Assembly: GCA_963778655.1 (NCBI GenBank)
Contig: CAVZVA010000009.1
Coordinates: 1,248,001 to 1,312,000 of the forward strand
DNA length: 64,000 nt
From: an uncultured delta proteobacterium
Lineage (GTDB): Bacteria > Myxococcota_A > Polyangia > Polyangiales > JAFGIB01
Reading direction: 5' to 3'
In this document: positions 11,378 through 19,450 of the stretch, in pieces
Layout of the letters: every line of letters begins with the position of its first letter
Numbering within the stretch: the stretch's first letter is position 1
Notes under the pieces: generated by a model
Told to the model about the DNA's origin: nothing
Seen by the model: only the letters and a program-made list of their open reading frames with translations
The model's database searches: none
Translations under genes and position numbers: made by a program

Positions 11378-12059
11378 TCGCTATCTCGCCTCGGCCTCGT
11401 CCTTCGCGTCGGACATCGATGGCCTCATCATGCTGGTCGCGATCCTGGTCGGCTTCTGGGGCGTGCTGGCCGAGATGGTGCTGCTCGGCCTGGTGATCGC
11501 CTTTCGCGAAAAGGACGGGCGCAAGGCCCTGTACATCACCGGCGAGGACAAGCACCAGAAGGCCTGGGTGGCGTATCCGCACTACCTCGTGCTGGTCTGC
11601 GATGTGCTCATCATCGTCGCGGCGGTGCGCGTATGGTTCAATGTCGAGCAGACCGCGCCGCCCGCGGATGAGACCGTGCGCGTGATTGGCCAGCAATGGG
11701 CCTGGACCTTCGTCCACCCCGGCCCCGACGGGAAGCTGGACACCGCGGACGACATCCCCACCTCTGACGAGCTCCACGTCAAGGTCAACGACGTCTATCA
11801 CTTCAAGCTGGAAGCCCGCGACGTGCTGCACAGCTTCAGTATCCCGGCGTTTCGCCTCAAGCACGATGCCATACCGGGCCGTGTAATAAGCGGCTGGTTC
11901 AAGCCGACCAAGGTCGGCGTGTACGACATTCAGTGCGCGGAAATGTGTGGCATCGGCCATGGCCTGATGCCCGCGCGCATCGTGGTCGAGACCGCGGCCG
12001 AGCACGCCGCCTGGATGGCCAACAACGCGCCCGCCCCCCTCGCCGCCGCGACGCACTAA
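11361..12059 (+). CDS. coxB: Cytochrome c oxidase subunit II (CuA, no fused cytochrome c)
   Basis: Two TMs, GQQWAWTF, DVLHSF, CAEMCGIGHGLM CuA motif. Confidence 0.93.
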   Translation: MGSLTDRYLASASSFASDIDGLIMLVAILVGFWGVLAEMVLLGLVIAFREKDGRKALYITGEDKHQKAWVAYPHYLVLVCDVLIIVAAVRVWFNVEQTAPPADETVRVIGQQWAWTFVHPGPDGKLDTADDIPTSDELHVKVNDVYHFKLEARDVLHSFSIPAFRLKHDAIPGRVISGWFKPTKVGVYDIQCAEMCGIGHGLMPARIVVETAAEHAAWMANNAPAPLAAATH

Positions 12060-12080
12060 TGAGCACCCAGGAGACGCAGC

Positions 12081-13811
12081 ATGGCTGAACCAGCACACGA
12101 AGCGGAGCCGCATGGCGAGCCAGCCCACGGGGATGCGCATGCGCATGCTGGGCATCACGAGGAGAGCTTCTTCATCAAGTACATGTGGTCGACGGACCAC
12201 AAGATGATCGCGAAGCAGTACCTCTTCACCGGCATGTTCATGGCCATGATCGGTGGCTTCTTCGCCTACGTGTTTCGCATGAACCTGGCCTTTCCTGGCA
12301 TCCACGTGCCCGGCTACGGCCAGGTCGGTCCCGGCGAGTACAACGAGCTGGTGACGAACCACGGCACGATCATGATCTTCTGGGTGGCGATGCCGGTGTT
12401 GATCGCGGCCTTCGGCAATTTCCTGATCCCGCTGATGATCGGTTGCGACGACATGGTGTTCCCGCGCGTCAACCGGCTCAGCTACCAGGTGTTTCTGCTC
12501 AGCGCGCTGGTGCTGCTGGCTGCGTTCTTCGTGCCGGGCGGCGCGTTCGGTGGTGCCTGGACGTCCTATCCGCCGCTCTCCGCCAGCTCGCACTTCAACA
12601 TGACGCCGCTCGGGGCGCCGATGTGGCTGATCGCCGTCGCCCTCGAGTTCGTGGCCTTCCTGCTCGGCGGCATCAACTTCGTCACCACCGCGATGAACTC
12701 GCGCGCGCCCGGTATGAAGATGTTCGACATGCCGATCGTGGTCTGGATGATCGTGATCGCCAGCATCCTGTTCATGGCGTCGGTTGGCCCGCTGATCGCG
12801 GGCGCGATCATGCTCGGCTTCGACCAGACCATCGGCACCGGCTTCTTCGACCCGAAGCGCGGCGGCGACCCGATCCTGTGGCAGCACCTGTTCTGGTTCT
12901 TCGGCCACCCCGAGGTGTACGTGGTGCTGCTGCCCGCCCTGGGCATCGTGGCCGAGATCATCACGGTGTTCTCGCGCAAGAAGATGTTCGGCTACAAGAC
13001 GGTGTTGTTCACCACCTTCGCCACGGGTCTGCTCAGCTTCTTCGTGTGGGCGCACCACCAGTTCATCGCCGGCATCGACCCGCGCATGGCCAACGTGTTC
13101 ACGGTGACCACGGTGCTGATTTCGGTGCCGATCGCGGAGATGGTGTTCGTGTACATCGCCACTCTCTACGGGGGCTCCATCCGCCTGGCCACGCCGATGC
13201 TGTGGGCGCTTTCGTTCATCTTTGCCTTCATCATCGGCGGGGTGACCGGCATCTTCCTGGGCGCGAGCGGCGCGGACATCTACTTCCACGACACCTACTT
13301 TGTGCTCGCTCACTTCCACTACACCTTCGTGCCGATCGCGATTCTGGCCGTGTTTGCCGGCATCACGTACTGGTACCCGAAGATGTTCGGGCGCATGCTG
13401 AACGAGACCCTCGGCAAGATTCACTTCTGGGGTACGTTCGTGCCGTTCAACGGCATCTTCGTCCCGCTGTTCATGCTGGGGCTGGCCGGTCAGCACCGGC
13501 GCATCTGGAGCTACGAGAACTTCCCCGAGCTCGCGCGGCCCGAGCTCTATCACATGCGGCAGTTCGCCACGATCTCGCTGCTCGTGATGCTCGCGTCGCA
13601 GTTCTTCTTCTTGTTCAACTTCTTTTGGAGCCTCAAGCACGGCAAGCCGGCGGGCAAGAACCCGTGGCAGGCCAACACGCTGGAGTGGACCACCGAGTCG
13701 CCTCCAGGGCACGGCAACTGGGCCGAGCTGCCTAGCTGCTACCGTGGACCGTACGAGTACAGCGTTCCAGGCCGTGAAGAGGACTTCTGGCCGCAAGACG
13801 TCGAGACCTGA
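12081..13811 (+). CDS. coxA: Cytochrome c oxidase subunit I, A-family (GHPEVY)
   Basis: STDHK, NHGTIMIF, DMVFPRVN, WFFGHPEVY, WAHH, HDTYFVLAHFHY, RR pair; all six His ligands present. Confidence 0.96.
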   Translation: MAEPAHEAEPHGEPAHGDAHAHAGHHEESFFIKYMWSTDHKMIAKQYLFTGMFMAMIGGFFAYVFRMNLAFPGIHVPGYGQVGPGEYNELVTNHGTIMIFWVAMPVLIAAFGNFLIPLMIGCDDMVFPRVNRLSYQVFLLSALVLLAAFFVPGGAFGGAWTSYPPLSASSHFNMTPLGAPMWLIAVALEFVAFLLGGINFVTTAMNSRAPGMKMFDMPIVVWMIVIASILFMASVGPLIAGAIMLGFDQTIGTGFFDPKRGGDPILWQHLFWFFGHPEVYVVLLPALGIVAEIITVFSRKKMFGYKTVLFTTFATGLLSFFVWAHHQFIAGIDPRMANVFTVTTVLISVPIAEMVFVYIATLYGGSIRLATPMLWALSFIFAFIIGGVTGIFLGASGADIYFHDTYFVLAHFHYTFVPIAILAVFAGITYWYPKMFGRMLNETLGKIHFWGTFVPFNGIFVPLFMLGLAGQHRRIWSYENFPELARPELYHMRQFATISLLVMLASQFFFLFNFFWSLKHGKPAGKNPWQANTLEWTTESPPGHGNWAELPSCYRGPYEYSVPGREEDFWPQDVET

Positions 13812-13837
13812 TCGGCAGAACACACAGGAGTGAGCGC

Positions 13838-14407
13838 ATGAAACCGATCGCAACCACCCGCAGCGCCACCGGCATTCCGACCGGCCGGCTGGCCGTGTGG
13901 TGGGTCATCGCCTCGGAGATCGTGATCTTCGGCGGGCTGCTGGCGTCCTATGTCATGCACCGCTTGGGGCACCCGGAGTTCGGCGACTACGCCGCGCACA
14001 CCCGCACCGCGATCGGCGCAACCAACACGTTCGTGCTGTTGACCTCGAGCCTGTCGGCCGTGCTGGCCCACCAGGCCGCCCAGGCCGGCGACGGACCCAA
14101 GGCGTTCAAGTACCTGTGGGGCACGTTCCTCGGAGGCCTGACCTTCCTGTGCCTCAAGGGCTACGAGTGGACCGGCGAGATCAGCGAAGGCTACACCATC
14201 ACCAAGAACGCGTTCTGGTCGTTCTACTACACGGCGGCCGGGCTGCATGCGTGCCACGTGATCGGCGGCATGGTGATCATGGCCATCATCTCCTTCGACG
14301 TCAGGAAGAACCGCGAGCTGCAACGGGTCGAGCTGATCGGCAACTACTGGCACTTCGTCGACATCGTCTGGATCTTCCTGTTCCCGCTGCTCTACATCGC
14401 GAAGTAG
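13838..14407 (+). CDS. coxC: Cytochrome c oxidase subunit III
   Basis: WWVIASE..IFGGL, NTFVLLTSS, FWSFYY..AGLH..HV, YWHFVDIVWIFLFPLLY. Confidence 0.92.
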   Translation: MKPIATTRSATGIPTGRLAVWWVIASEIVIFGGLLASYVMHRLGHPEFGDYAAHTRTAIGATNTFVLLTSSLSAVLAHQAAQAGDGPKAFKYLWGTFLGGLTFLCLKGYEWTGEISEGYTITKNAFWSFYYTAAGLHACHVIGGMVIMAIISFDVRKNRELQRVELIGNYWHFVDIVWIFLFPLLYIAK

Positions 14408-14422
14408 CGACAAGGCGTACCC

Positions 14423-14833
14423 ATGGAAAACCCTGCCGAAGCAGCCCACGCAGACGCGCACGACGCGCACCACGTCAACTACTTCAAGGTTTACGCCGCC
14501 CTGGTCGTCTTGCTCCTGATGAGCGTCGCGGGTCCGATGATCGGCATCAAGCTGGTGACGCTGATCACCGCGTTCGGGATCGCGGTGATCAAGGCCTACA
14601 TGGTTGCTGCGAATTTCATGCACCTGCGGATCGAGAAGCGCTACATCGCCTACCTGCTGCTGACCGCGCTGGCCTTGCTTTCGCTGTTCTACGCCGGTGT
14701 CTCGCCCGACGTCATGAAGCATCGCGGCCGGCAATGGGTAAACGTGGCGGCCCAGGATTGGTCGAAGCGCGCGTTGGCCGAAGACAAGGCAGAGCGTGAG
14801 CACGGCGAGCACGAAGGCGGGGAACACGAATAG
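14423..14833 (+). CDS. Cytochrome c oxidase subunit IV family protein
   Basis: Three TMs; IAVIKAYMVAANFMHL motif; His-rich termini. Confidence 0.85.
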   Translation: MENPAEAAHADAHDAHHVNYFKVYAALVVLLLMSVAGPMIGIKLVTLITAFGIAVIKAYMVAANFMHLRIEKRYIAYLLLTALALLSLFYAGVSPDVMKHRGRQWVNVAAQDWSKRALAEDKAEREHGEHEGGEHE

Positions 14834-14851
14834 GCGGAGGCGGCAGGAGCC

Positions 14852-15451
14852 ATGGAAGCGACGGGCAAGGTCCTACATCTGAGCCGCAAGATGCCGGCCG
14901 CCCGGCGGCAGCAGATCGCTCCCAACGCCGTGATCGGGATGCTGATCTTCGTGATCGCGGAGACGATGTTCTTCAGCGGCCTGATCAGCGCCCATGCCAT
15001 CGTGAAGACGACGGCGTTGGACGGCTGGCCGCCGCCTGGCCAGCCTCGGTTGCCGATCGAGGAGACGCTGATCAACACCGCGGCGCTGATCGCGAGCGGC
15101 TTCGTGCTGGCCGCGGCGCACCGCGCGTACCGCCGCGGCGGCAAGGATGCAGGCCGGTCGATGCTGATCGCGATCTTGCTCGGCGCGTTCTTTCTCGTGT
15201 TCCAGGGCGCAGAATGGGTTGCGCTGTTGCGCGAAGGCCTGACGATGACCTCGAGCACGCACGGCGGCTTCTTCTACTTGATCATCGGCGCCCACGGCCT
15301 GCACGCGATGGCGGGACTGGGTGTGCTGGTCTGGGCGTATCAGCGCTTGCGGCGCGGCAAGCTCGTGATGGGCGAGCTCGTGGCCACCGAGGTCCTGTGG
15401 TACTTCGTGGTCGGGCTGTGGCCCATCCTTTATTGGAGGGTGTACCTGTGA
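14852..15451 (+). CDS. Second cytochrome c oxidase subunit III-like protein
   Basis: GMLIFVIAETMFFSGLIS, WPP, NTAALIASG, QG.EW, FFYLIIGAHGLH, WYFVVGLWPILY. Confidence 0.88.
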   Translation: MEATGKVLHLSRKMPAARRQQIAPNAVIGMLIFVIAETMFFSGLISAHAIVKTTALDGWPPPGQPRLPIEETLINTAALIASGFVLAAAHRAYRRGGKDAGRSMLIAILLGAFFLVFQGAEWVALLREGLTMTSSTHGGFFYLIIGAHGLHAMAGLGVLVWAYQRLRRGKLVMGELVATEVLWYFVVGLWPILYWRVYL

Positions 15452-15771
15452 CACGCCTACGGTCGATGCTGGCGCACACGGTGGGCCTGGCGGTCGCAAT
15501 TTTGGAGCTCCCGGGTGTGGCGTTGGCGTGTCCGGTCTGCTTCGCCAGCAAGAACGAAGCCAATCGCGTTGCCTTCGTGGGCACGACGATTCTCATGACC
15601 TCGTTGCCGGTGGCGATGATCGGCGGCGCGATCTATTGGGTCGCGCGGCGCTCGCGTACGCTCGACGCGGAGCGGCGCAGGCAGGCGCGTGCGGCCAGGC
15701 GTGCCGCAGCACGGCTTGCCGCAGGCGCGCCGGCGCGCTCCAAGGTGCCGGCGGTCCAGCGCGGCGTCTGA
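15448..15771 (+). CDS. Small membrane protein with signal peptide and CPVC motif
   Basis: GTGA overlap with the previous stop; signal-like region ending ALA, then CPVCF, a TM helix and a basic tail. Confidence 0.65.
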   Translation: MTRLRSMLAHTVGLAVAILELPGVALACPVCFASKNEANRVAFVGTTILMTSLPVAMIGGAIYWVARRSRTLDAERRRQARAARRAAARLAAGAPARSKVPAVQRGV

Positions 15772-15803
15772 CCTCCCGCCTACCGGCTGCGCGCGTGGTC
15801 GGC

Positions 15804-16847
15804 TTACAGGCTGCTCGATCCGGCCGCAACTCGCTGGCGCTGCATGGCGCGGTGAACGGCCAGCGCGGTGAAGCCGATCACGACGGCAAACCACAGCGTA
15901 GCGATTCGCACCAGGATGGTCGTCGCCGTGGCGACCGGAGCGCGGAGCGCCGGGCCGCCCAGTGCCTGGAGCAGGGCGGTCATCCCGATCTCGGTCACGC
16001 CCAGGCCGCCAGGCATCATCGCCAGGGCGCCGACCATGGTCGAAGCCGAGTACGCGAACACGGCGGCATCCCAGCTCATGTGCACGCCCGGAAAGCCGTG
16101 CACGATGGCGTACAACGAGCAGCACTCGAGCCCCCAGGCCAGGAACGCGATGAACGATCCAACAAGCAATGGCAGAGGGCGCGTCATCTCTAGCAAGGAG
16201 TCATAGGCCTCATGCAACTTGTGACTGATGCGGTTGACCACGGGCACACGGTCGGTCCAGCCCAGCAACCAGCGGCCGAGCGGGCGATACGTGCAGACGA
16301 CGATCAGGGCGGCGACGAACAGCGCGCTCATTGCGGCCAACACCACGCCGCCCTTGAACGACAGGGAGCCGACCGAGATCAACAGCACGAGCGCGATCAA
16401 GTCGGTGAGCCGTTCGGCGACGATGATGGGAGCTGTGCGGGCGATCGGCGTACGTCGCGCTTCGTACAGCAGAAGCGACTTGAAGACCTCGCCCACTTTG
16501 CCCGGCGTCACGCTCATGGAGAAGCCGGACAAGAAGATGGTCGAGCTCTCGCCGATCGGAATGCGGATGCCGATGTGCTTGAGATAGTATTGCCAGCGAA
16601 AGATCCGCAGGCCGTAGTTGCCGGTGGCGAGCGCGAGGCCCAGCACGAACGAGGCGGGGGCGAAGCTGCTGGCGGCGCCCCGGAGCTTCCGCAGGTCCCC
16701 GTACATCGCCATCGCGGCGTAAAGCAACGCTGCCAGGAGCACCGCCGCTAGAATCTTGCGGGCCATGCCGGCGGCGAGCTGGTTGGATGCATCGACGCCA
16801 GAAGGCTCGCCCGCAGGAGAGGCTTCGGGCGTTTCCACCGAGCTCAT
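15804..16847 (-). CDS. Lysylphosphatidylglycerol synthase TM / UPF0104 flippase-like membrane protein
   Basis: NYGLRIFRWQYYL, VTPGKVGEVFKS, ERLTD, PGGLGVTE, RIATLWF. ATG at 16847 preferred over 17159. Confidence 0.88.
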   Translation of the reverse strand: MSSVETPEASPAGEPSGVDASNQLAAGMARKILAAVLLAALLYAAMAMYGDLRKLRGAASSFAPASFVLGLALATGNYGLRIFRWQYYLKHIGIRIPIGESSTIFLSGFSMSVTPGKVGEVFKSLLLYEARRTPIARTAPIIVAERLTDLIALVLLISVGSLSFKGGVVLAAMSALFVAALIVVCTYRPLGRWLLGWTDRVPVVNRISHKLHEAYDSLLEMTRPLPLLVGSFIAFLAWGLECCSLYAIVHGFPGVHMSWDAAVFAYSASTMVGALAMMPGGLGVTEIGMTALLQALGGPALRAPVATATTILVRIATLWFAVVIGFTALAVHRAMQRQRVAAGSSSL

Positions 16848-17047
16848 CGCGGGCCCCGCTTTCGTGCCAGCTGCCACAGCCGGTGCGCGGCCGCCAGCAC
16901 CAGCGCCCCCGCGCCGAGCCACATCACCGTCTCCGGCACGCGCAACAGAGCAGTGGCCGAAGGCCCGTGTGGGGCGCCCGCGCGGGCCCCCCATGGCGCC
17001 GAGAGCAGGGCGGCCATCCGCGCCGAAGCCGGACCCGGGCGCGTCAT
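16844..17047 (-). CDS. Possible small membrane protein (67 aa)
   Basis: Stop overlaps the flippase ATG (ATGA); C-terminal hydrophobic segment VMWLGAGALVLAAA followed by a basic tail; otherwise low complexity. Confidence 0.3.
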   Translation of the reverse strand: MTRPGPASARMAALLSAPWGARAGAPHGPSATALLRVPETVMWLGAGALVLAAAHRLWQLARKRGPR

Positions 17048-17240
17048 TGGCCCAGGGTCCGCCACCAGGGTCGTCGTGGCGCTCTGTCGTCCATCCAAAC
17101 CAGGCGCGGGGGCAGGATTCGTCGAGCGCTGCGCCGCACCGCGCCGCAGAGGATGACACGCGGAGTCGCGTTTCGCCACGCGTCGCATTGACGGGACCGC
17201 ACAGGTCTCATACACCGGGCAGCGGTTGGGGCGCACGGCG

Positions 17241-17894
17241 ATGACCGAGCCGAGCCAGAAGGCACAGCGGCGCAAGTCCCTGCGGGAGGATGCGCTTAAC
17301 CTGCCGAACCTGCTGACGTTGGGGCGGATCGCGGCGATTCCCCTCGTCCTGTGGTTGATGTGGCAGGACACGCGTCACAGCAACTTCTGGGCGATGATGC
17401 TGTACTCGCTGGCCGCCATCACTGACTTCGTGGACGGCTATCTCGCCCGGCGGATGGGGCTGATAAGCGTGCTCGGGAAGTTCCTGGACCCCCTGGCCGA
17501 CAAGCTGATCGTGTTGGCCACGTTGGTCTTGATGGTAGAGCTCGGCCGCGTGCCGGCGTGGGCGGTGATCGTCATCGCCGCTCGCGAGCTCTCGGTCACA
17601 GCGCTGCGCAGCATCGCGATGAGCGAAGGCGTGGTGATCGCCGCCAGCCGCGGAGGCAAGGACAAGACGGCCGTACAGATGGTCGCCGTGCTCACGTTGA
17701 TTCTGCACAATACCTACTACCTCGACTTCGGCTTCTACGCGGGCTTCGTCGACATGAACGCGGTCGGGCTTGTGCTGCTGTACCTGAGCGTCTTCTTCAC
17801 GGTGACCAGCGCCGGCGAGTACTTCGCGCTCTTCGTGGACGCTGTGGAAGCCAAGGAACGGCGCCTGTCCGAAGGCCCCAACGCCGAGGACTGA
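17241..17894 (+). CDS. pgsA: CDP-diacylglycerol--glycerol-3-phosphate 3-phosphatidyltransferase
   Basis: NLPNLLTLGRI, TDFVDGYLARR....S.LGKFLDPLADKL, RELSVTALR, GKDKT..QM. Upstream TTGACG-17-TACACC (17188-17216). Confidence 0.95.
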   Translation: MTEPSQKAQRRKSLREDALNLPNLLTLGRIAAIPLVLWLMWQDTRHSNFWAMMLYSLAAITDFVDGYLARRMGLISVLGKFLDPLADKLIVLATLVLMVELGRVPAWAVIVIAARELSVTALRSIAMSEGVVIAASRGGKDKTAVQMVAVLTLILHNTYYLDFGFYAGFVDMNAVGLVLLYLSVFFTVTSAGEYFALFVDAVEAKERRLSEGPNAED

Positions 17895-18245
17895 GAGCGG
17901 CGGCTGCGCCCGTGCCGGAGCCAGCGCTCGGAACGAGCGCGAGCCGCAGGTGTGCCCGAGGGCTGAGCTGTGCGGTTGCGATGGGATCGCTATCGCCTAG
18001 TAGCGATCTGCTTGCAGCTGGGATTCCGGACTGGCCGAGGGCGAATCGCTCAGGATAGCGATCGCTCCAACTGGTCTCAGATCGCAGCCTATACCCAGAA
18101 ATCGCTGGTAAGACGCGCCAATCGAAGGCCCACAAGCGGATGGGGTAGCACCCAGCGCTCCGTCCAACCGACTGATCTTACAGGGCTAAATCGCGAATCT
18201 CGGGGCCGTCACAGCGACAGAAGTGTCCCCATTTGGGATTTTGCG

Positions 18246-18276
18246 TTGACAGCCTTATATTGAACAGAATATATTC
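18246..18276 (+). promoter_or_regulatory. sigma70-like promoter with overlapping palindrome
   Basis: TTGACA (18246-51), 18 nt, TATATT (18270-75) in an AT-rich patch; perfect palindrome GAATATATTC at 18267-76; AAGGA RBS before GTG 18302. Confidence 0.6.
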
Positions 18277-18301
18277 AGTCTCAATCGATTAAAGGAATCC
18301 G

Positions 18302-18853
18302 GTGAGACGAACTAGTTCAGAGGTCGATAGCGCAAAGCCACGCTTGGGGTGGACCGAGCAGGAGTTGCTCGAGCTGGAGCAGGCGCACGCGGACGGTCTG
18401 TCGACCCAACAGGTGGTGGAGCTGTTCGCGGCCCGCGGGGAACCGCTCACCGAGGCGACCTTCCGCAAGTACGTGCAGCTTCGCCTGCTGCCGCGCAGCG
18501 TGCGCGTTGGGCGCAAGGGCAAGCACCGCGGGTCGCAGGGCTTGTACCCCCCCGGGGTGGTGCGTCAGGTCGAGCTGATCCGGCGGCTGATGGCCCAGGG
18601 CTATACGATCCAGGAGATCCAGCAACAGCTGCTGTTCCTGGGCGGCGAGATCGCCGGACTGGCGCGCCAGCTCGACCAAGTGCTGGCTCGGGTCGAGCAC
18701 GCGGTCGAGGACGGCGAAGCCGAGCGCGTGGACGAGGTGCTCAAGCGCGCGCTGGCTGAAGCACGGGCGCTGGCCGCTGATCTGCTCGAGCGCCTGCGCG
18801 CGATCGAAGGACGTTTGGCCATGCGTGCGCGCATGGCCCGGGCGGCGGTGTGA
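18302..18853 (+). CDS. MerR-like HTH transcriptional regulator
   Basis: EATFRKYVQL.LLP...GLYP..VV..V..IRRLM.QGYTIQEIQ winged-HTH pattern followed by a coiled coil. Confidence 0.8.
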   Translation: MRRTSSEVDSAKPRLGWTEQELLELEQAHADGLSTQQVVELFAARGEPLTEATFRKYVQLRLLPRSVRVGRKGKHRGSQGLYPPGVVRQVELIRRLMAQGYTIQEIQQQLLFLGGEIAGLARQLDQVLARVEHAVEDGEAERVDEVLKRALAEARALAADLLERLRAIEGRLAMRARMARAAV

Positions 18854-18889
18854 CGGGCGATCACCCGCGGACGGATTAGGGAGGCGACG

Positions 18890-19444
18890 ATGGGCGACGA
18901 ACAGGCGAGTCTGGAGCTGGAGGGGGACGCGGCGGAGCATTCCGCCGTCAATCCGATCGCGATCGGGGCGCTGGCGGCGAGCTTCATGGAGCTGGCTGAA
19001 GCGGACCCCGATTCCGACGAGCGAGGCAGGCGCAAGCGCAGGACGCGGGCACGTGCGCACACGATCTCGATCCGCCGTCTGAGCAAGACTGAGCTCAACC
19101 GCGGGCGCGAGCAATATCCGGAGCAGGATTACTGGCGTCCAACGACGCGCGGCGATTGCCTGGAAATGGAGCGGCCCTGTCCGTTCGTCGCGTGCAAGTA
19201 TCACCTCTACATCGACGTCCACCCGGTGCGCGGCTCGATCAAGATCAACTTCCCGGACGTGGAGGTCTGGGAAATGACCGACACCTGCGCGCTCGACATC
19301 GCCGACCGCGGCGGCATCACGCTGGAAGAGGTGGGACAGATCATGAACCTGACCCGCGAGCGCGTGAGGCAGCTCGAGACCCAGGGCCTGGCCAAGCTGC
19401 AGCGCATCGAAAGCATGGACCGGCTGCGCGACTACGTTTCCTGA
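18890..19444 (+). CDS. DNA-binding protein with Cys/His cluster and sigma70 region-4-like HTH
   Basis: [24 protein letters not shown]...DTCALD followed by [26 protein letters not shown]; no sigma region 2. Confidence 0.85.
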   Translation: MGDEQASLELEGDAAEHSAVNPIAIGALAASFMELAEADPDSDERGRRKRRTRARAHTISIRRLSKTELNRGREQYPEQDYWRPTTRGDCLEMERPCPFVACKYHLYIDVHPVRGSIKINFPDVEVWEMTDTCALDIADRGGITLEEVGQIMNLTRERVRQLETQGLAKLQRIESMDRLRDYVS

Positions 19445-19450
19445 TTCGAC

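Noticed and set aside
11316..13853. 845-aa minus-strand ORF and similar long antisense ORFs (2773..4422, 44195..46483, 50238..52382, 56867..59221, 59288..61738)
   Set aside because: Shadow frames opposite strongly codon-biased genes in high-GC DNA; no motifs or RBS.
17895..18245. tRNA or CRISPR array downstream of pgsA
   Set aside because: No cloverleaf or T-loop GTTC motif; the repeated unit is only 4-6 nt with ~15-nt spacers and there are no cas genes.
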